Below, piece after piece: positions 31,228 through 41,781 of a stretch of 64,000 nucleotides of DNA (position 1 is the stretch's first letter; the number at the start of each line of letters is the position of its first letter). This DNA is from an uncultured bacterium (GTDB lineage Bacteria > Patescibacteriota > Minisyncoccia > UBA6257 > GWB1-50-10). The position numbers and the translations under genes are program-made. Below the pieces are notes generated by a model. That model was given only the letters and a program-made list of their open reading frames with translations, did no database searches and had not been told where the DNA came from. Location of the stretch: the NCBI GenBank assembly GCA_963768835.1, contig CAVYJB010000001.1, forward strand, positions 152,420-216,419. The letters are read 5' to 3'.

Positions 31228-31845
31228 TTACGCCGACGTTACGCGGGGCTTGAATACCACAAGCTTGTAACTCAAGAAGTTCCAGAGGAACGAGGCGAGG
31301 ACGCCTCCGAGACCACCGACATTCGCCCAGAGATTCGCCGAAACCCCGGCGGGCGCTCCCATCACGTTCACGATGAGCGAGGCCGCCCCGGCGTTCAGGA
31401 GCGCTCCCCCTAATGTGAAAAGTGCGAAACGGAGATACTCCGTCCCCGTCACGGAAAGCGTGCTCTGAAAAGTCCAGAACTTGTTCCAGAAGTAACTATT
31501 CGTCGTCGCCACAAGAAACGCGACGATTGCAAAAGCGCTGTACCACCATCCTTTAGCAATACCCGTCGTCAAGATAAAGAGGTTCAGGACTGCAAAATTC
31601 AGAAGCGTATTCAGGGTGCCCACTGCGGCGAACTTTCCGAACTGCTCGAATACCTTCCATCGCCGGCTCAGGAGCTTCAGCACCCAGAGCGCGCAGGGCG
31701 CGAGGATGGAGAAGCCAATGACCGACAAGGCGCCGGTCTTAACGGTCACAGGGAGAAGTTTCGTGGTGGTAAGCGGCAGAAGCACGAGCCACCCGACCAG
31801 GAATCCGATCACTGTCACCAGATAGAAATCCTTTTTTGTGTTCAT
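31228..31845 (-). CDS. GtrA-family flippase-like membrane protein
   Basis: KFAAVG..NSYFWNKFWTF..WNFLSYKLVVF. Confidence 0.88.
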   Translation of the reverse strand: MNTKKDFYLVTVIGFLVGWLVLLPLTTTKLLPVTVKTGALSVIGFSILAPCALWVLKLLSRRWKVFEQFGKFAAVGTLNTLLNFAVLNLFILTTGIAKGWWYSAFAIVAFLVATTNSYFWNKFWTFQSTLSVTGTEYLRFALFTLGGALLNAGAASLIVNVMGAPAGVSANLWANVGGLGGVLASFLWNFLSYKLVVFKPRVTSA

Positions 31846-31855
31846 TGTAGTTTTA

Positions 31856-34222
31856 TTAGAATTCCCTCAACCTTCGCCGTATTTCCTCTTCGACCTCCCG
31901 GCGGTCGCGGCCATACGCCCGGCGGGACCGTTCCCGGACCTCCTCCGCGCGCCCCGGATCCCCACGGATGGCGAATACATCGGTCGAGATGCGTATATTG
32001 AACGGCTTCACGGTCTGCCCCCGCACAAGAAGTCGCACGTAGGCATTCAGGTTGTCGATGTTCTGGAGGTCAGCGGCTCCGACGGTGGGCTCGAACTGCT
32101 TAGCCAGGAACTCCGCATCCTGTGGCCCGACCCGAAGTACCACCTCGCTCCCCACGTTCCCAAAAACCGCATCCCGAATCTTCTCCGGCAGCTGGGCGAT
32201 GAACTGGTGAGCCACCGTAAGATCGAGCCGATACTTACGCGCCTCAGATAGGATGGTCCCGATGGAATCTGTCGCAAAATTCTGGAACTCATCGATATAG
32301 AGATACCAGTCGCGACGTTCCGCCTCGCTCGGGGTATCGCCCCGGGAAAGCGCGGCAAAGAGCACCTTGGAAAGGATAATCATCCCGAGGAGGGCCATAT
32401 TGGCGTCTCCGATCTTCCCTTTCCGAAGATTCACCACGAGAATTTTCCCGCCATCCAAGATCGCCCGGAAATCCATGGCGGATTTTGTTTGCCCGATGAT
32501 CGGACGAACGTAGTCATTCGCAATAAAATTATTGAACTTCGAGGTGACATATGGTGTGAGGTTTGCGAGAGATGCTTCTCCTCCCGCTTTCGCGGCTTCT
32601 TTCTCCCAGAAGTCCTGGACGATGGGATTCCGAATACGCGCGAGTTTTTTCGCCCGCCAGGCGGTGTCTGTGAAAACACGCGGGAGCTCGACTAGGGTTG
32701 CGGGCTCTGTGGAAGCATCCTCCATCAAGAGGAGGAGTGCTTGTCGGAGATACTGCTCGAACATCGGACCCCCCGTCTGCCGGAGATCGTAGAGCTTTTC
32801 AAGGATCGCGAGCATGTCGTTCACGATGAAAGTTTTCTCTTCCGGACGGTCGAGCCGGTACTCGAGCATGTTGAGGCCCACCGGATGTTCAAGGTCGCCG
32901 GGATCAAAGACGATGACGTCCTCCGCGCGTTCCGCCGGAACGTTCGCGAGCACAAACTCCGCGAACTCCCCGTGCGGGTCGATAACACCGACGCCTTTCC
33001 CGCTCTTCATGTCCTCGAGGATGAGGCTCTTGAGAAGCGTTGTCTTGCCGGTCCCCGTCTGCCCCAACACATAGAGGTGCCGGCGGCGATCCTCGTCGGT
33101 CAGATAGATACGCCGACGTCCACCCCGGAAAAGACTCTCTCCCAGAAAGGTCCCTTCGGTGGGGGCATCGGCAGGAGGCGGCGCCTCGCGAGCCTTCAGG
33201 GCCTTGATGCGCGGGGTCTCCGTGAACGCCGTCGGAAGATGGAAAAGGCTCGCGAGCTCCTCACTCGAAAGTACCATTGCATCCGCGCGGTCGAACGAGC
33301 GGAAAATGAAGTCCCGAGTCACGGCCGCAGGGTTCCGAGGTATGATGATCTTCAAACCGTTGCGGTCGGGTGCCCCGAACTGGGAAAACCCCGCCGTGAT
33401 GCCCCCGAGGAGAGATTCTGCCTCCACCGGATTCGGAGCCGAGGTGAGAATACGAATATTCACCTCAAAGAGAGGTTTCCCAACCTTCGCTCCTATGGCC
33501 TCGACGACCGCGGCGTCCACTTCCTTCCGCTCCTGTTTCTTCTCTTTGCTCGCGGGATTGAGCGCTTCCTTCACGTCCCCGATCGTGAGTGGCACGGCGC
33601 TTCCGCCGAGGATGCTCTTCAAACCGGCGCCTTTTTTTAGGACCTCAAGCGTCGAGCGTACCTCGCGCGCCGCGCGCGCTGGAGCGGGACGGGCGACCAC
33701 CTGGAGCGCTGCGCCCTCCCCGAGCTCCTTCACATTCGAAAAACCCCCGAGGGTGGGTGCGAAAGTGTCGGCCCCAATCTCCCGGTAGCTCCGGAGCGGA
33801 AGCACGAAACGTTCCTTTTCTTTCACCCACGCCGCGGCGACAGACCCCCGATAGTTGAAAATATTGTAGTCCTCCACCGCGTGCACGTCCGCATCGTTCC
33901 AAAGGGATTGGACTTGGCGCGCGACAGCTTCCGTAAGGCGGTGGGGCACGGCGAGATAGAAGTGGATCTCCTCACCCACGTAGGGAACGGCCACCTCGAA
34001 AACAAAAGGCTCTCGGAACGACGCGAGAGCGGAGAAAAGCTGCTCCGAGAGGGCGATTTCCTTTACCACATCCTTTCCCTCGATGCTTTGGACCGGCAGC
34101 CGTATAAGAAGAAGCTGCATCTGGAGCTCCGTCATGAGCCGTCGGTGCGCAAGACGGCGCGAAAGGTAAAACGCGCCGATTCCAGCGGCGGCGATGACGA
34201 GAGCGAAGAACAAGACAACCAT
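31856..34222 (-). CDS. VirB4/VirD4(TraG)/HerA-like P-loop ATPase
   Basis: DRRRHLYVLGQTGTGKT, IDPHG, LYIDEFQNF, SEARKY. Confidence 0.88.
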   Translation of the reverse strand: MVVLFFALVIAAAGIGAFYLSRRLAHRRLMTELQMQLLLIRLPVQSIEGKDVVKEIALSEQLFSALASFREPFVFEVAVPYVGEEIHFYLAVPHRLTEAVARQVQSLWNDADVHAVEDYNIFNYRGSVAAAWVKEKERFVLPLRSYREIGADTFAPTLGGFSNVKELGEGAALQVVARPAPARAAREVRSTLEVLKKGAGLKSILGGSAVPLTIGDVKEALNPASKEKKQERKEVDAAVVEAIGAKVGKPLFEVNIRILTSAPNPVEAESLLGGITAGFSQFGAPDRNGLKIIIPRNPAAVTRDFIFRSFDRADAMVLSSEELASLFHLPTAFTETPRIKALKAREAPPPADAPTEGTFLGESLFRGGRRRIYLTDEDRRRHLYVLGQTGTGKTTLLKSLILEDMKSGKGVGVIDPHGEFAEFVLANVPAERAEDVIVFDPGDLEHPVGLNMLEYRLDRPEEKTFIVNDMLAILEKLYDLRQTGGPMFEQYLRQALLLLMEDASTEPATLVELPRVFTDTAWRAKKLARIRNPIVQDFWEKEAAKAGGEASLANLTPYVTSKFNNFIANDYVRPIIGQTKSAMDFRAILDGGKILVVNLRKGKIGDANMALLGMIILSKVLFAALSRGDTPSEAERRDWYLYIDEFQNFATDSIGTILSEARKYRLDLTVAHQFIAQLPEKIRDAVFGNVGSEVVLRVGPQDAEFLAKQFEPTVGAADLQNIDNLNAYVRLLVRGQTVKPFNIRISTDVFAIRGDPGRAEEVRERSRRAYGRDRREVEEEIRRRLREF

Positions 34223-34240
34223 GGAGTGGGGAGTTGCGAC

Positions 34241-34657
34241 CTAAAGTACGCCCCGCCGCTTGAGCTCAGGGAGCAACTTATCGACTAGGGCATCATGTAA
34301 CGCATCCAATATAAACGGAGGTTGCCGCTTGGCCTCCCGGACAGCCGCTTCGATACCATCACGAAACGCTAGATGCACGAGACGGTCCACCTCCTGTCGC
34401 GCCTTCGGGTCGCCCGCAGAGGCGGCGAGGTAAGCGGGCAACTCGCCCCCATGGTCATCGGAAGGCGCGGAGGATGCGGGAGACGCCGCCGGGGTAGGAG
34501 CTGGGACGCCCCCCGAAAGGTCTTCCAGAGAACGTCGCACGAGCTCGGGAGCTGGAGCTGGAGATTCCGTCGTCACCGCCCGCTCCGCCTCCACCGTGTG
34601 CGTGATACGCGCAAGGTCGCGCTCCATTTGCTCGCCGAAATTCATCACTTTTACCAT
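34241..34657 (-). CDS. hypothetical protein
   Basis: ORF with a divergent -10 element; C-terminal PFILDALHDALVD. Confidence 0.7.
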   Translation of the reverse strand: MVKVMNFGEQMERDLARITHTVEAERAVTTESPAPAPELVRRSLEDLSGGVPAPTPAASPASSAPSDDHGGELPAYLAASAGDPKARQEVDRLVHLAFRDGIEAAVREAKRQPPFILDALHDALVDKLLPELKRRGVL

Positions 34658-34680
34658 GCTTCAGGTATAATTATAGAACA

Positions 34681-36240
34681 ATGGCGTGGAACTGGAAAAT
34701 TGTTCTTGGAGTCATCGTTATTCTCCTTCTCGCCACATTCCTGCGCCTCTACCAACTCCCTTCGCTTCCGCCCGGACTTTACCCCGACGAGGCGATGAAC
34801 GGTTCCAATGACCTTGAGGCACTGCGCACGCACGACTTCAAGGTTTTTTATCCGGAGAACAACGGGCGTGAGGGACTTTTCATCAACATCCAGGCGTTTT
34901 TCCTGAAGCCTTTCCTGGACCATGGGATTCCTCTGGAGCCCTGGATGCTCCGGTTCCCAAGCGCCATTTTTGGCATCCTCACGGTTCTCGGAATCTTCTG
35001 CCTCACCCGCGAGCTCTATGGAATGAGCGGTGTTCCGCCGGGTGCCCGCGCAAACCGCATCGCGCTCCTCGCCGCGTTCCTCCTCGCGACTCTTTTTTGG
35101 CATATCAACTTTTCCCGCATCGGTTTCCGCGCCATCACGGCGCCGTTCTGGCTCACATGGGGTTTCTACCTGACGCTTTACACATTCCGAGCTTTGCGAG
35201 TCCCCCGTCCGCGTTTGCGGTGGCTCCTCCCCGTTCTTTCGGCCGTAGTTTACACCGCCGGCTTCTACTCCTATATCGCGTTCCGCGCAACGCCACTGCT
35301 TTTTGCAGTACCTGCATTCTGGCTTCTCACGCACGGCTACCCGAAGCGGCGATTCTGGGCTATCACAGGACTTTTTGTTGTCACCGCAACCGTCGTGATG
35401 ATCCCCTTCCTCGCCTACTTCACGGCCCATCCGGCGGACTTCTTCGGGCGCACATCACAAATCTCCATCTTCACCTCTCCGCACCCTGCGCTTGACCTCC
35501 TCCAGAACATCGCGCTCACCGTCGGTATGTTCAATATCTACGGGGACGGCAATTGGCGCCACAACATTGCGGGCAGCCCGGAGCTCTATGGGCCCATCGG
35601 AATCTTCTTCCTTATCGGAGTTGCCCTCGGAGTCGCCGCGCTCCTTCGGTTCCTGCGCCGTCGGAAAACCCACATGGAAGCCGCAGCGGCGGATTCCGAC
35701 GTGTTCCCTTTCCTTCTGGCCTTTGGATGGCTCGTGGTCGCGGCGTTGCCCGTTGTAATTTCGAATGAAGGGTTGCCGCACGCACTTCGCTCTATCCTCC
35801 TCATTCCCCCCGCGATCCTCCTCGCGGCCTTAGGCGGCATACGTCTTTTCGAGTTCCTTAAAAACGAGTTTCACGACCACCCTGGACTCCAGCGCATGCT
35901 TCAGGGAGGCGTCGTTCTCGTTCTCGCCGCGACGGCTCTTCTCGCATACCAGCGGTATTTTATCGTCTGGGGGCAGAACCCCAACGTGCCGGGCGCCTTT
36001 AATCAGGACTATGTCGACATCGCCTACATGCTCCGCGCCCTTCCCCCGGACCTTCCGAAGTACGTCGTGGTGCAGGCGGGAGGTGTGGATGTACGCGGCA
36101 TTCCAATGCCCGCCGAAACGGTCATGTTTCTCACGCAAACATTCTTCCCAGAGGATCGGGACGCAAGAAATATCCACTACGTGCTGCCAGACCAGATAAG
36201 CTCCATCCCGCCCGGCAGTTTCACGGTGACGCTTCGTTAG
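34681..36240 (+). CDS. GT-C fold membrane glycosyltransferase (ArnT/PMT-like)
   Basis: LRLYQL..GLYPDEA, multiple TMs, WHINFSRIGFR. Confidence 0.88.
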   Translation: MAWNWKIVLGVIVILLLATFLRLYQLPSLPPGLYPDEAMNGSNDLEALRTHDFKVFYPENNGREGLFINIQAFFLKPFLDHGIPLEPWMLRFPSAIFGILTVLGIFCLTRELYGMSGVPPGARANRIALLAAFLLATLFWHINFSRIGFRAITAPFWLTWGFYLTLYTFRALRVPRPRLRWLLPVLSAVVYTAGFYSYIAFRATPLLFAVPAFWLLTHGYPKRRFWAITGLFVVTATVVMIPFLAYFTAHPADFFGRTSQISIFTSPHPALDLLQNIALTVGMFNIYGDGNWRHNIAGSPELYGPIGIFFLIGVALGVAALLRFLRRRKTHMEAAAADSDVFPFLLAFGWLVVAALPVVISNEGLPHALRSILLIPPAILLAALGGIRLFEFLKNEFHDHPGLQRMLQGGVVLVLAATALLAYQRYFIVWGQNPNVPGAFNQDYVDIAYMLRALPPDLPKYVVVQAGGVDVRGIPMPAETVMFLTQTFFPEDRDARNIHYVLPDQISSIPPGSFTVTLR

Positions 36241-36249
36241 GAGGTACCG

Positions 36250-37548
36250 TCAGAATCCCTGGATCTTGATTGAACCTGGGACGCTGGAATAGTCGATGTT
36301 CGTCGAGGTCACGAACTGGTTCGTGGGTTGCGTGACGGGGATTCCGGACGTGGAACCTCCAGTCCAGTCCGCCTGCCAGAACGCCGCGTTCCGCCACCGC
36401 GTGAGATAGTCCACAATCTGAAGCTGCCCCTGCGTGGCGCCCACAGGCCATTGTACCGAGACGGTGACTTGCTCTGTGGACGGATCGAGAGAGGTGCCAC
36501 CCCCGCACGGCGCCGTCCCCGCGATTGAGGAAGAAGAATCGTTCGTCCGGCATACGTCCTGGATAAAGAAATAGCGTTTCAAGATGTTGCTCTTATAGAG
36601 CCGTGAAACCTCATCGGATGTGAGAGCTCGGTTGTACCATCGCACCTCGTCGAGATAATCGTTCGCAGGCGCGGTCCCTGCAGGGCCGCCGTTCAGAGTC
36701 ATGATGGCACCCACCGGCACCACATAGGTCCCGGAACCTCCGCCCGAGGATTGCCCGTCTATATAGAGAGCTGCCGTGTTCGAGGCGAAGGTCGCGACGA
36801 CATGATAGAAACGCGCGGTGGTAAGGAGACCAGCCGACACCGCGAGGAGACTGCCGCCGGACTGGGTGGTCCAGAGCACCACGGCTCCGTTACTGCGGAT
36901 ACCGAGACGAAAACCTGACGTGCCGCCGGGATCACGAGCAACAAGAATGTTATTCCCCTCCCCGCCAGCCTTGATGGCGATGGGACGGGTCCAGAAAGAC
37001 ACGGAAAAAGCAGAAGTATCATAGAGCGTGCTCGCTCCTGCGGTAACGGCTGCGGTAACACCGTCAAACTGAAGACAGTTTGCAACCGCGCACGTTGTCG
37101 AGCTTCGGACAGGGCTCCCGACAAATGTCCCCGTGTTCGCGTTCCCCGAAGCATCGTAGGTCGCGGTTGAGGTGACCGCGGGGTCTTCGTCGAATTTCCA
37201 ATACCCAACGAGACCATATGTGGTACCTCCATCCATCATCCCCTCCTCGCCGCGGACCGGCAGATAGGTGGAGGTCGCGAGACCAAAGAAGTAGTGGGCG
37301 TTGGGGGAGCGGACGAGACCGTAGATATTCACCCAGTTCCCGTTCCCATAGGAACGAAGCTTGTCCATAAGATCCTGTGCCGCGGCGGACGCGAACTGGT
37401 TTTTCTGGATTGTCAGCGAGGCGCGGAGAATGCCCGCAATAGCGATTGCGGCGGCCGTGATAAGAACGCCCCCGATAGCGAGTGCGATAAGCACCTCGAT
37501 CAGCGACTGACCGGACCGAGCCGTCCGATAAATTGGTGAGCGTTCCAT
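36250..37548 (-). CDS. prepilin-like protein with a LamG/concanavalin domain
   Basis: GQSLIEVLIA; LVGYWKFDE..LDEVRWYNRAL. Confidence 0.88.
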   Translation of the reverse strand: MERSPIYRTARSGQSLIEVLIALAIGGVLITAAAIAIAGILRASLTIQKNQFASAAAQDLMDKLRSYGNGNWVNIYGLVRSPNAHYFFGLATSTYLPVRGEEGMMDGGTTYGLVGYWKFDEDPAVTSTATYDASGNANTGTFVGSPVRSSTTCAVANCLQFDGVTAAVTAGASTLYDTSAFSVSFWTRPIAIKAGGEGNNILVARDPGGTSGFRLGIRSNGAVVLWTTQSGGSLLAVSAGLLTTARFYHVVATFASNTAALYIDGQSSGGGSGTYVVPVGAIMTLNGGPAGTAPANDYLDEVRWYNRALTSDEVSRLYKSNILKRYFFIQDVCRTNDSSSSIAGTAPCGGGTSLDPSTEQVTVSVQWPVGATQGQLQIVDYLTRWRNAAFWQADWTGGSTSGIPVTQPTNQFVTSTNIDYSSVPGSIKIQGF

Positions 37549-37553
37549 CGGTT

Positions 37554-40500
37554 CTAGGGCTTAATCTCAACCCCGACCATCGCCCAGGAATTCGCGCTCC
37601 CCAAGGTGTAGTTCGAGATCACGGCACCCGGGTTGGAGGTGAGCCCGTTCTCGGCTTCGCCCGCACCCGTAACATTCGTGGCCGCCGCGCCACCAGAGGT
37701 CACCATCGCGGAACCCTCCAGCGTCTGTCCCGCTCCCGCCGCAACAGTCGGGAGAGACTGGACTGCGAGGCCGCTTACCACAAGAGCATTACTCACGGTC
37801 GTTGTGAGGGTAAGGGAGGGAGCGGCACCGGAACCCGTAGCCGCCGTAACGGCCCCGATGGCACCGGAACCGTTCGAGCCACCCGTGTTCGTCGTGTTAT
37901 AGGCAGCGACAAGGATCGTGGCCTTCGCGGAGGCAGAAAGCGTCGCGGTAACAGCGCCCGAGAACGTCGTGGAAGCAAAAGCGCGCCACACCTCCACGCG
38001 GGCGCTCGTCCCGTTCGTGGAACTCGCGACGAAAACCCAGGTGAGGCCGCCGCCGGAAATCGAGTTCACGGTCTGGCTAGTAGAGTTCTGAAGAGCGACG
38101 GTCGCGAGGAGGAGCCGGTTCGCACCGCTAGTCGTGAGGGAAGCGGAAGTCACAGTCGTCGAACCCGTGGGAGGCGTCACGAAATCCGAATCCAAGGACT
38201 GTTGGGAACCGAACGTCACGTGATTCGCCGCGGTCGAACGGTTCGGGGAGACCGGACATCCGCCGCTAGAACAGAGATGGTCTCCCAGAAGATCGATCGC
38301 GGTTCCCGCAGAGCCGGTTGAAGGATTCATCGAGAGGAGCCGTGGCAATACCTGGAAACCGGCTCCCCAAACATAAGCCTTAGAATCGCCCGAACGCGTA
38401 AGCGTGATGGTGCCACTATATGTAGAAGTCGGAAGGTTCGCAGGAACCTCAACGCACGCAGTGCTCGACTGGACCGTAGTGGAAGCCCAACCGGCCACCG
38501 CACAAGAGCCGCCTGCAGTCGGATGGATGGTCGACGCCACGGTGCCAAAGGCACCCGTGAACTGGACAGTGCCGGTGGCAGACCCGAAATGATCTCCAGA
38601 AAGGTAGATCAGGCCGTCGGTATCCACGGCGTTGTACTCGCGAGCCGCAAATGGCTGGAGCGAAACGAGGTTCGTGATGTTCGGATAAGCGTAGAAAGTC
38701 CACGGGTTAGGATCGGACTGGGAAGCCGCTGTTACCTGGAGAGTGTTCACGCCTCCGAGGGTCGCGAGAGTCGTCGACACCGTGAAGCTGATGGAGGTGT
38801 TAGTCCACGCAGTGATATCAGGGTACCCCACGGTCGCCGCGCCTCCAATGAGAAAGCGGATACAGCCGGTGCCGGTGCCGCCCGCGCAGTTCGCGCGCGA
38901 GGCACCCGCAGCGACAGTACCAAACCCATATCCCGTGAGAGTAGCAGTCTGGTTCGATGCCCCCCCGTCAGGGGCCGTAGGATATGTCGTCGTCGCGACA
39001 TCGGGAAGAACAGTGAGCACCCCCGAAAGAGACGTGGGTGCGCCGGACTTCACGGAAGAGCCGGATACCGTCACATCTGCGTTCGCGGCAACTTGAAAAT
39101 CAACCGTCTGACCTCCAACAGGATACGTGGGGGTAGAGGATTTCAGGTCAGTTTTCACATAGAAGTAGTAAGTGTTTCCGAAAGCGACCGCGAGAGACCC
39201 CACCACAGTCGCAGTCTGCCCCGTAAAGGAAGCGACGGTCGAGCCGTACTGTGTCGTTGCACCGTTCGCGTTTCCAGTCGTGTTGTACCAGAGGGAAAGA
39301 TTCCCAAGATCAGCGCCCGAGACGGTGCCGTTCTCAGTCACCTTGATTGAGGTCACGGTATCCGAAGAGGAAGATATAGAGAGAGTGAAAGCAGGACAGG
39401 TGGAGGAAGCCGCACACGAAGTCGGCGCTAAGGCGACTACGGAGAGGCCCGAGGTCGAGGTCGTGACAAGGGATCCAGTGGTCACACCGATAGTGAGGGT
39501 CGCGGCCGCTGCTGCCGGCGTGTACGGTCCTGCTCCGACACCAGCGTTGTAGTTTATGTAGGTGTCGCGAGGAAAGATCTTGTAGTAGTAGGAGGTGCCG
39601 TTTGAGAGCCCGGTATCGGTGAAGGTGGTAGCGGCTCCGGCATAGACGACGGTTGAGGTACCGATGGTATTCCCCGCCACGTAGGTCTGGCCATCCACAG
39701 GGAAGTTCGAGACCAGTGCCGTGTTCCGAAGGATGACCTCTGAGTTGAAATCGCCGTCGCCGGGGTTCGTCCAGTTCAGGACTACCTGCGTATTCCCTGC
39801 AGTGTTGCTGCCCCAGGTGGCGTTGCCGGGGGCCTGGCGATCTACCGTCGTAGTTGTACCCGCGGTGTCCCACCAAGACTGGCCGTTCGTCGATGTGTAG
39901 CTGCTCACGTATGCGCTCACAGGATACGTGCCGGCGGTGAGAGCGGCATAGCTCTTCGCGGTCATGATGATGCGATACGTCGTGGTCGCGGTCCCGACCG
40001 GAATGGGAGTGCCGCCGCTGAAAGACCAGGTGTTGCCGGCGGGGACCGTTGTGGTCGCGAAGTACTGCTGGGTCATCGCATTGTTCACAATGGAGACGGA
40101 GGCGAGGGCTGGCGTACCAGTCGTCGTGACGGTGAGATTAGTGATCGAATCGGTGCCCGCACTCGTGTTGAACTGGAATTGGTCGGCGTAGACATTGGTC
40201 GAGGAGGGGGCGATGGTCGAGTTGGCGGGATCGGAACCGGTCGTGAGGAAGGTAAGAGCCGCCGGCGCGGGCGTGTACGGTCCTGCTCCGACACCAGCGT
40301 TGTAGTTTATGTAGGTGTCGCGAGGAAAGATCTTGTAGTAGTAGGAGGTGCCGTTTGAGAGCCCGGTATCGGTGAAGGTGGTAGCGGCTCCGGCATAGAC
40401 GACGGTTGAGGTACCGATGGTATTCCCCGCCACGTAGGTCTGGCCATCCACAGGGAAGTTCGAGACCAGTGCCGTGTTCCGAAGGATGACCTCTGAGTTG

Positions 40501-41768
40501 AAATCGCCGTCGCCGGGGTTCGTCCAGTTCAGGACTACCTGCGTATTCCCTGCAGTGTTGCTGCCCCAGGTGGCGTTGCCGGGGGCCTGGCGATCGATGG
40601 TGGTCGCGGGTGCGTCAGTATCAGACCCCGACTTCGCGTTTGTAGACGTCACGGCACTCACATACGCAGTCACAGGATACGTGCCGGCGGTGAGAGCGGC
40701 ATAGCTCTTCGCGGTCATGATGATGCGATACGTCGTGGTCGCGGTCCCGACCGGAATGGGAGTGCCGCCCGAGAAACTCCAAGTGTTGCCGGAGGGAACA
40801 GAGGATGTCGTAAAATACTGGGTCGTCATCGCGTCGTTCATGACGGAAAGGGATGCGATGGCAGACGTGTTCGCAGTCGTGACAGTGAGACCCGTCACAG
40901 AATCAGTCCCGGCGGAGTCGGAAAGCTGGAACTGGTCCTTGAAAACGTTGGTCGAGGAGGGAGCAACGGTTGAGGCGGAGGGGTCGGCGCCGGTGGAGAG
41001 GAAAGTGGTGGGAGCCCCACCGGCAGCCTTGAACGTGACCATGGTCATCTCATAATCGTCAGTCGCACTAGGTTGACTTGCGGTTGCGCTATAGCATCCA
41101 GTTGAACTCACTATCTTATCTTCGTCGACATTGTTATTAAAATAGCCGGCTTCCTCGGTGAAGCCGGTACCGGCCGTGGGCGTCTCGATCGCGTCAGTCA
41201 TAAAACCGATGATGGCTTCATTCGCAACGGTCGTCGTCTTACAAGGCGTTGCAATAGTGGTACCAGTCCCCGTGGTCGTCGCAATTTGGTCAAAGGGTGA
41301 ACTAGTATCGGCCCCGGAATATTCATTGAGGTAAATCTCGACATACGCGTTCGGTTGAGCGGAGAAATTTATGGTAATCGTATCGGTTCCGCCGGGGACA
41401 TTCTTCGCATAAAAAACCTGTTGGTCCCAATTCTCGGTATAGTTCGATGCATATCCGACCAGCGCGGGTCCGGTGGACGTGAATACATCTCCGAGTGTGT
41501 CAGTGATTGAGCTGACGGTAGGCCCATCCCAACCCCAGTCAACCTTAAGCACGACAAGGTCCCCGGCGGTCTGCGTGACGTTCGCCGTACTAACATTTGC
41601 CGTCCATGAACTTGGGGCGTTCGTGGTTACACGCTTGAACGCAATGGCAGCTTCTGCGCGCGGCACGGAAAATGCCAGCATTCCAGCGCTGCACGCAACG
41701 GCAGCGATAATGACTAGCAATGCGGCGTGCAGTCGTTTTTCTTCTATACGAACACTACGGGATGTCAT
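37554..41768 (-). CDS. large secreted adhesin-like protein (duplicated FN3-containing module, IPT/TIG-like domains)
   Basis: 1404 aa, signal peptide, Thr/Ser-rich, 2x FTDTGLSNGTSYYYKIF. Confidence 0.85.
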   Translation of the reverse strand: MTSRSVRIEEKRLHAALLVIIAAVACSAGMLAFSVPRAEAAIAFKRVTTNAPSSWTANVSTANVTQTAGDLVVLKVDWGWDGPTVSSITDTLGDVFTSTGPALVGYASNYTENWDQQVFYAKNVPGGTDTITINFSAQPNAYVEIYLNEYSGADTSSPFDQIATTTGTGTTIATPCKTTTVANEAIIGFMTDAIETPTAGTGFTEEAGYFNNNVDEDKIVSSTGCYSATASQPSATDDYEMTMVTFKAAGGAPTTFLSTGADPSASTVAPSSTNVFKDQFQLSDSAGTDSVTGLTVTTANTSAIASLSVMNDAMTTQYFTTSSVPSGNTWSFSGGTPIPVGTATTTYRIIMTAKSYAALTAGTYPVTAYVSAVTSTNAKSGSDTDAPATTIDRQAPGNATWGSNTAGNTQVVLNWTNPGDGDFNSEVILRNTALVSNFPVDGQTYVAGNTIGTSTVVYAGAATTFTDTGLSNGTSYYYKIFPRDTYINYNAGVGAGPYTPAPAALTFLTTGSDPANSTIAPSSTNVYADQFQFNTSAGTDSITNLTVTTTGTPALASVSIVNNAMTQQYFATTTVPAGNTWSFSGGTPIPVGTATTTYRIIMTAKSYAALTAGTYPVSAYVSSYTSTNGQSWWDTAGTTTTVDRQAPGNATWGSNTAGNTQVVLNWTNPGDGDFNSEVILRNTALVSNFPVDGQTYVAGNTIGTSTVVYAGAATTFTDTGLSNGTSYYYKIFPRDTYINYNAGVGAGPYTPAAAAATLTIGVTTGSLVTTSTSGLSVVALAPTSCAASSTCPAFTLSISSSSDTVTSIKVTENGTVSGADLGNLSLWYNTTGNANGATTQYGSTVASFTGQTATVVGSLAVAFGNTYYFYVKTDLKSSTPTYPVGGQTVDFQVAANADVTVSGSSVKSGAPTSLSGVLTVLPDVATTTYPTAPDGGASNQTATLTGYGFGTVAAGASRANCAGGTGTGCIRFLIGGAATVGYPDITAWTNTSISFTVSTTLATLGGVNTLQVTAASQSDPNPWTFYAYPNITNLVSLQPFAAREYNAVDTDGLIYLSGDHFGSATGTVQFTGAFGTVASTIHPTAGGSCAVAGWASTTVQSSTACVEVPANLPTSTYSGTITLTRSGDSKAYVWGAGFQVLPRLLSMNPSTGSAGTAIDLLGDHLCSSGGCPVSPNRSTAANHVTFGSQQSLDSDFVTPPTGSTTVTSASLTTSGANRLLLATVALQNSTSQTVNSISGGGLTWVFVASSTNGTSARVEVWRAFASTTFSGAVTATLSASAKATILVAAYNTTNTGGSNGSGAIGAVTAATGSGAAPSLTLTTTVSNALVVSGLAVQSLPTVAAGAGQTLEGSAMVTSGGAAATNVTGAGEAENGLTSNPGAVISNYTLGSANSWAMVGVEIKP
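39517..40769. repeat. intragenic 753-bp-period duplication with identical blocks
   Basis: 39517-39842 = 40270-40595 (326 bp); 39917-40016 = 40670-40769 (100 bp). Confidence 0.92.
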
Positions 41769-41781
41769 GATAATGCGAGAA

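Noticed and set aside
31856-34222. conjugative element
   Set aside because: A lone VirB4/VirD4-like ATPase among core genes, with no relaxase or other T4SS genes.
39517-40769. second DGR TR/VR pair
   Set aside because: Both copies are in-frame coding, and the differences are blockwise rather than adenine-specific.
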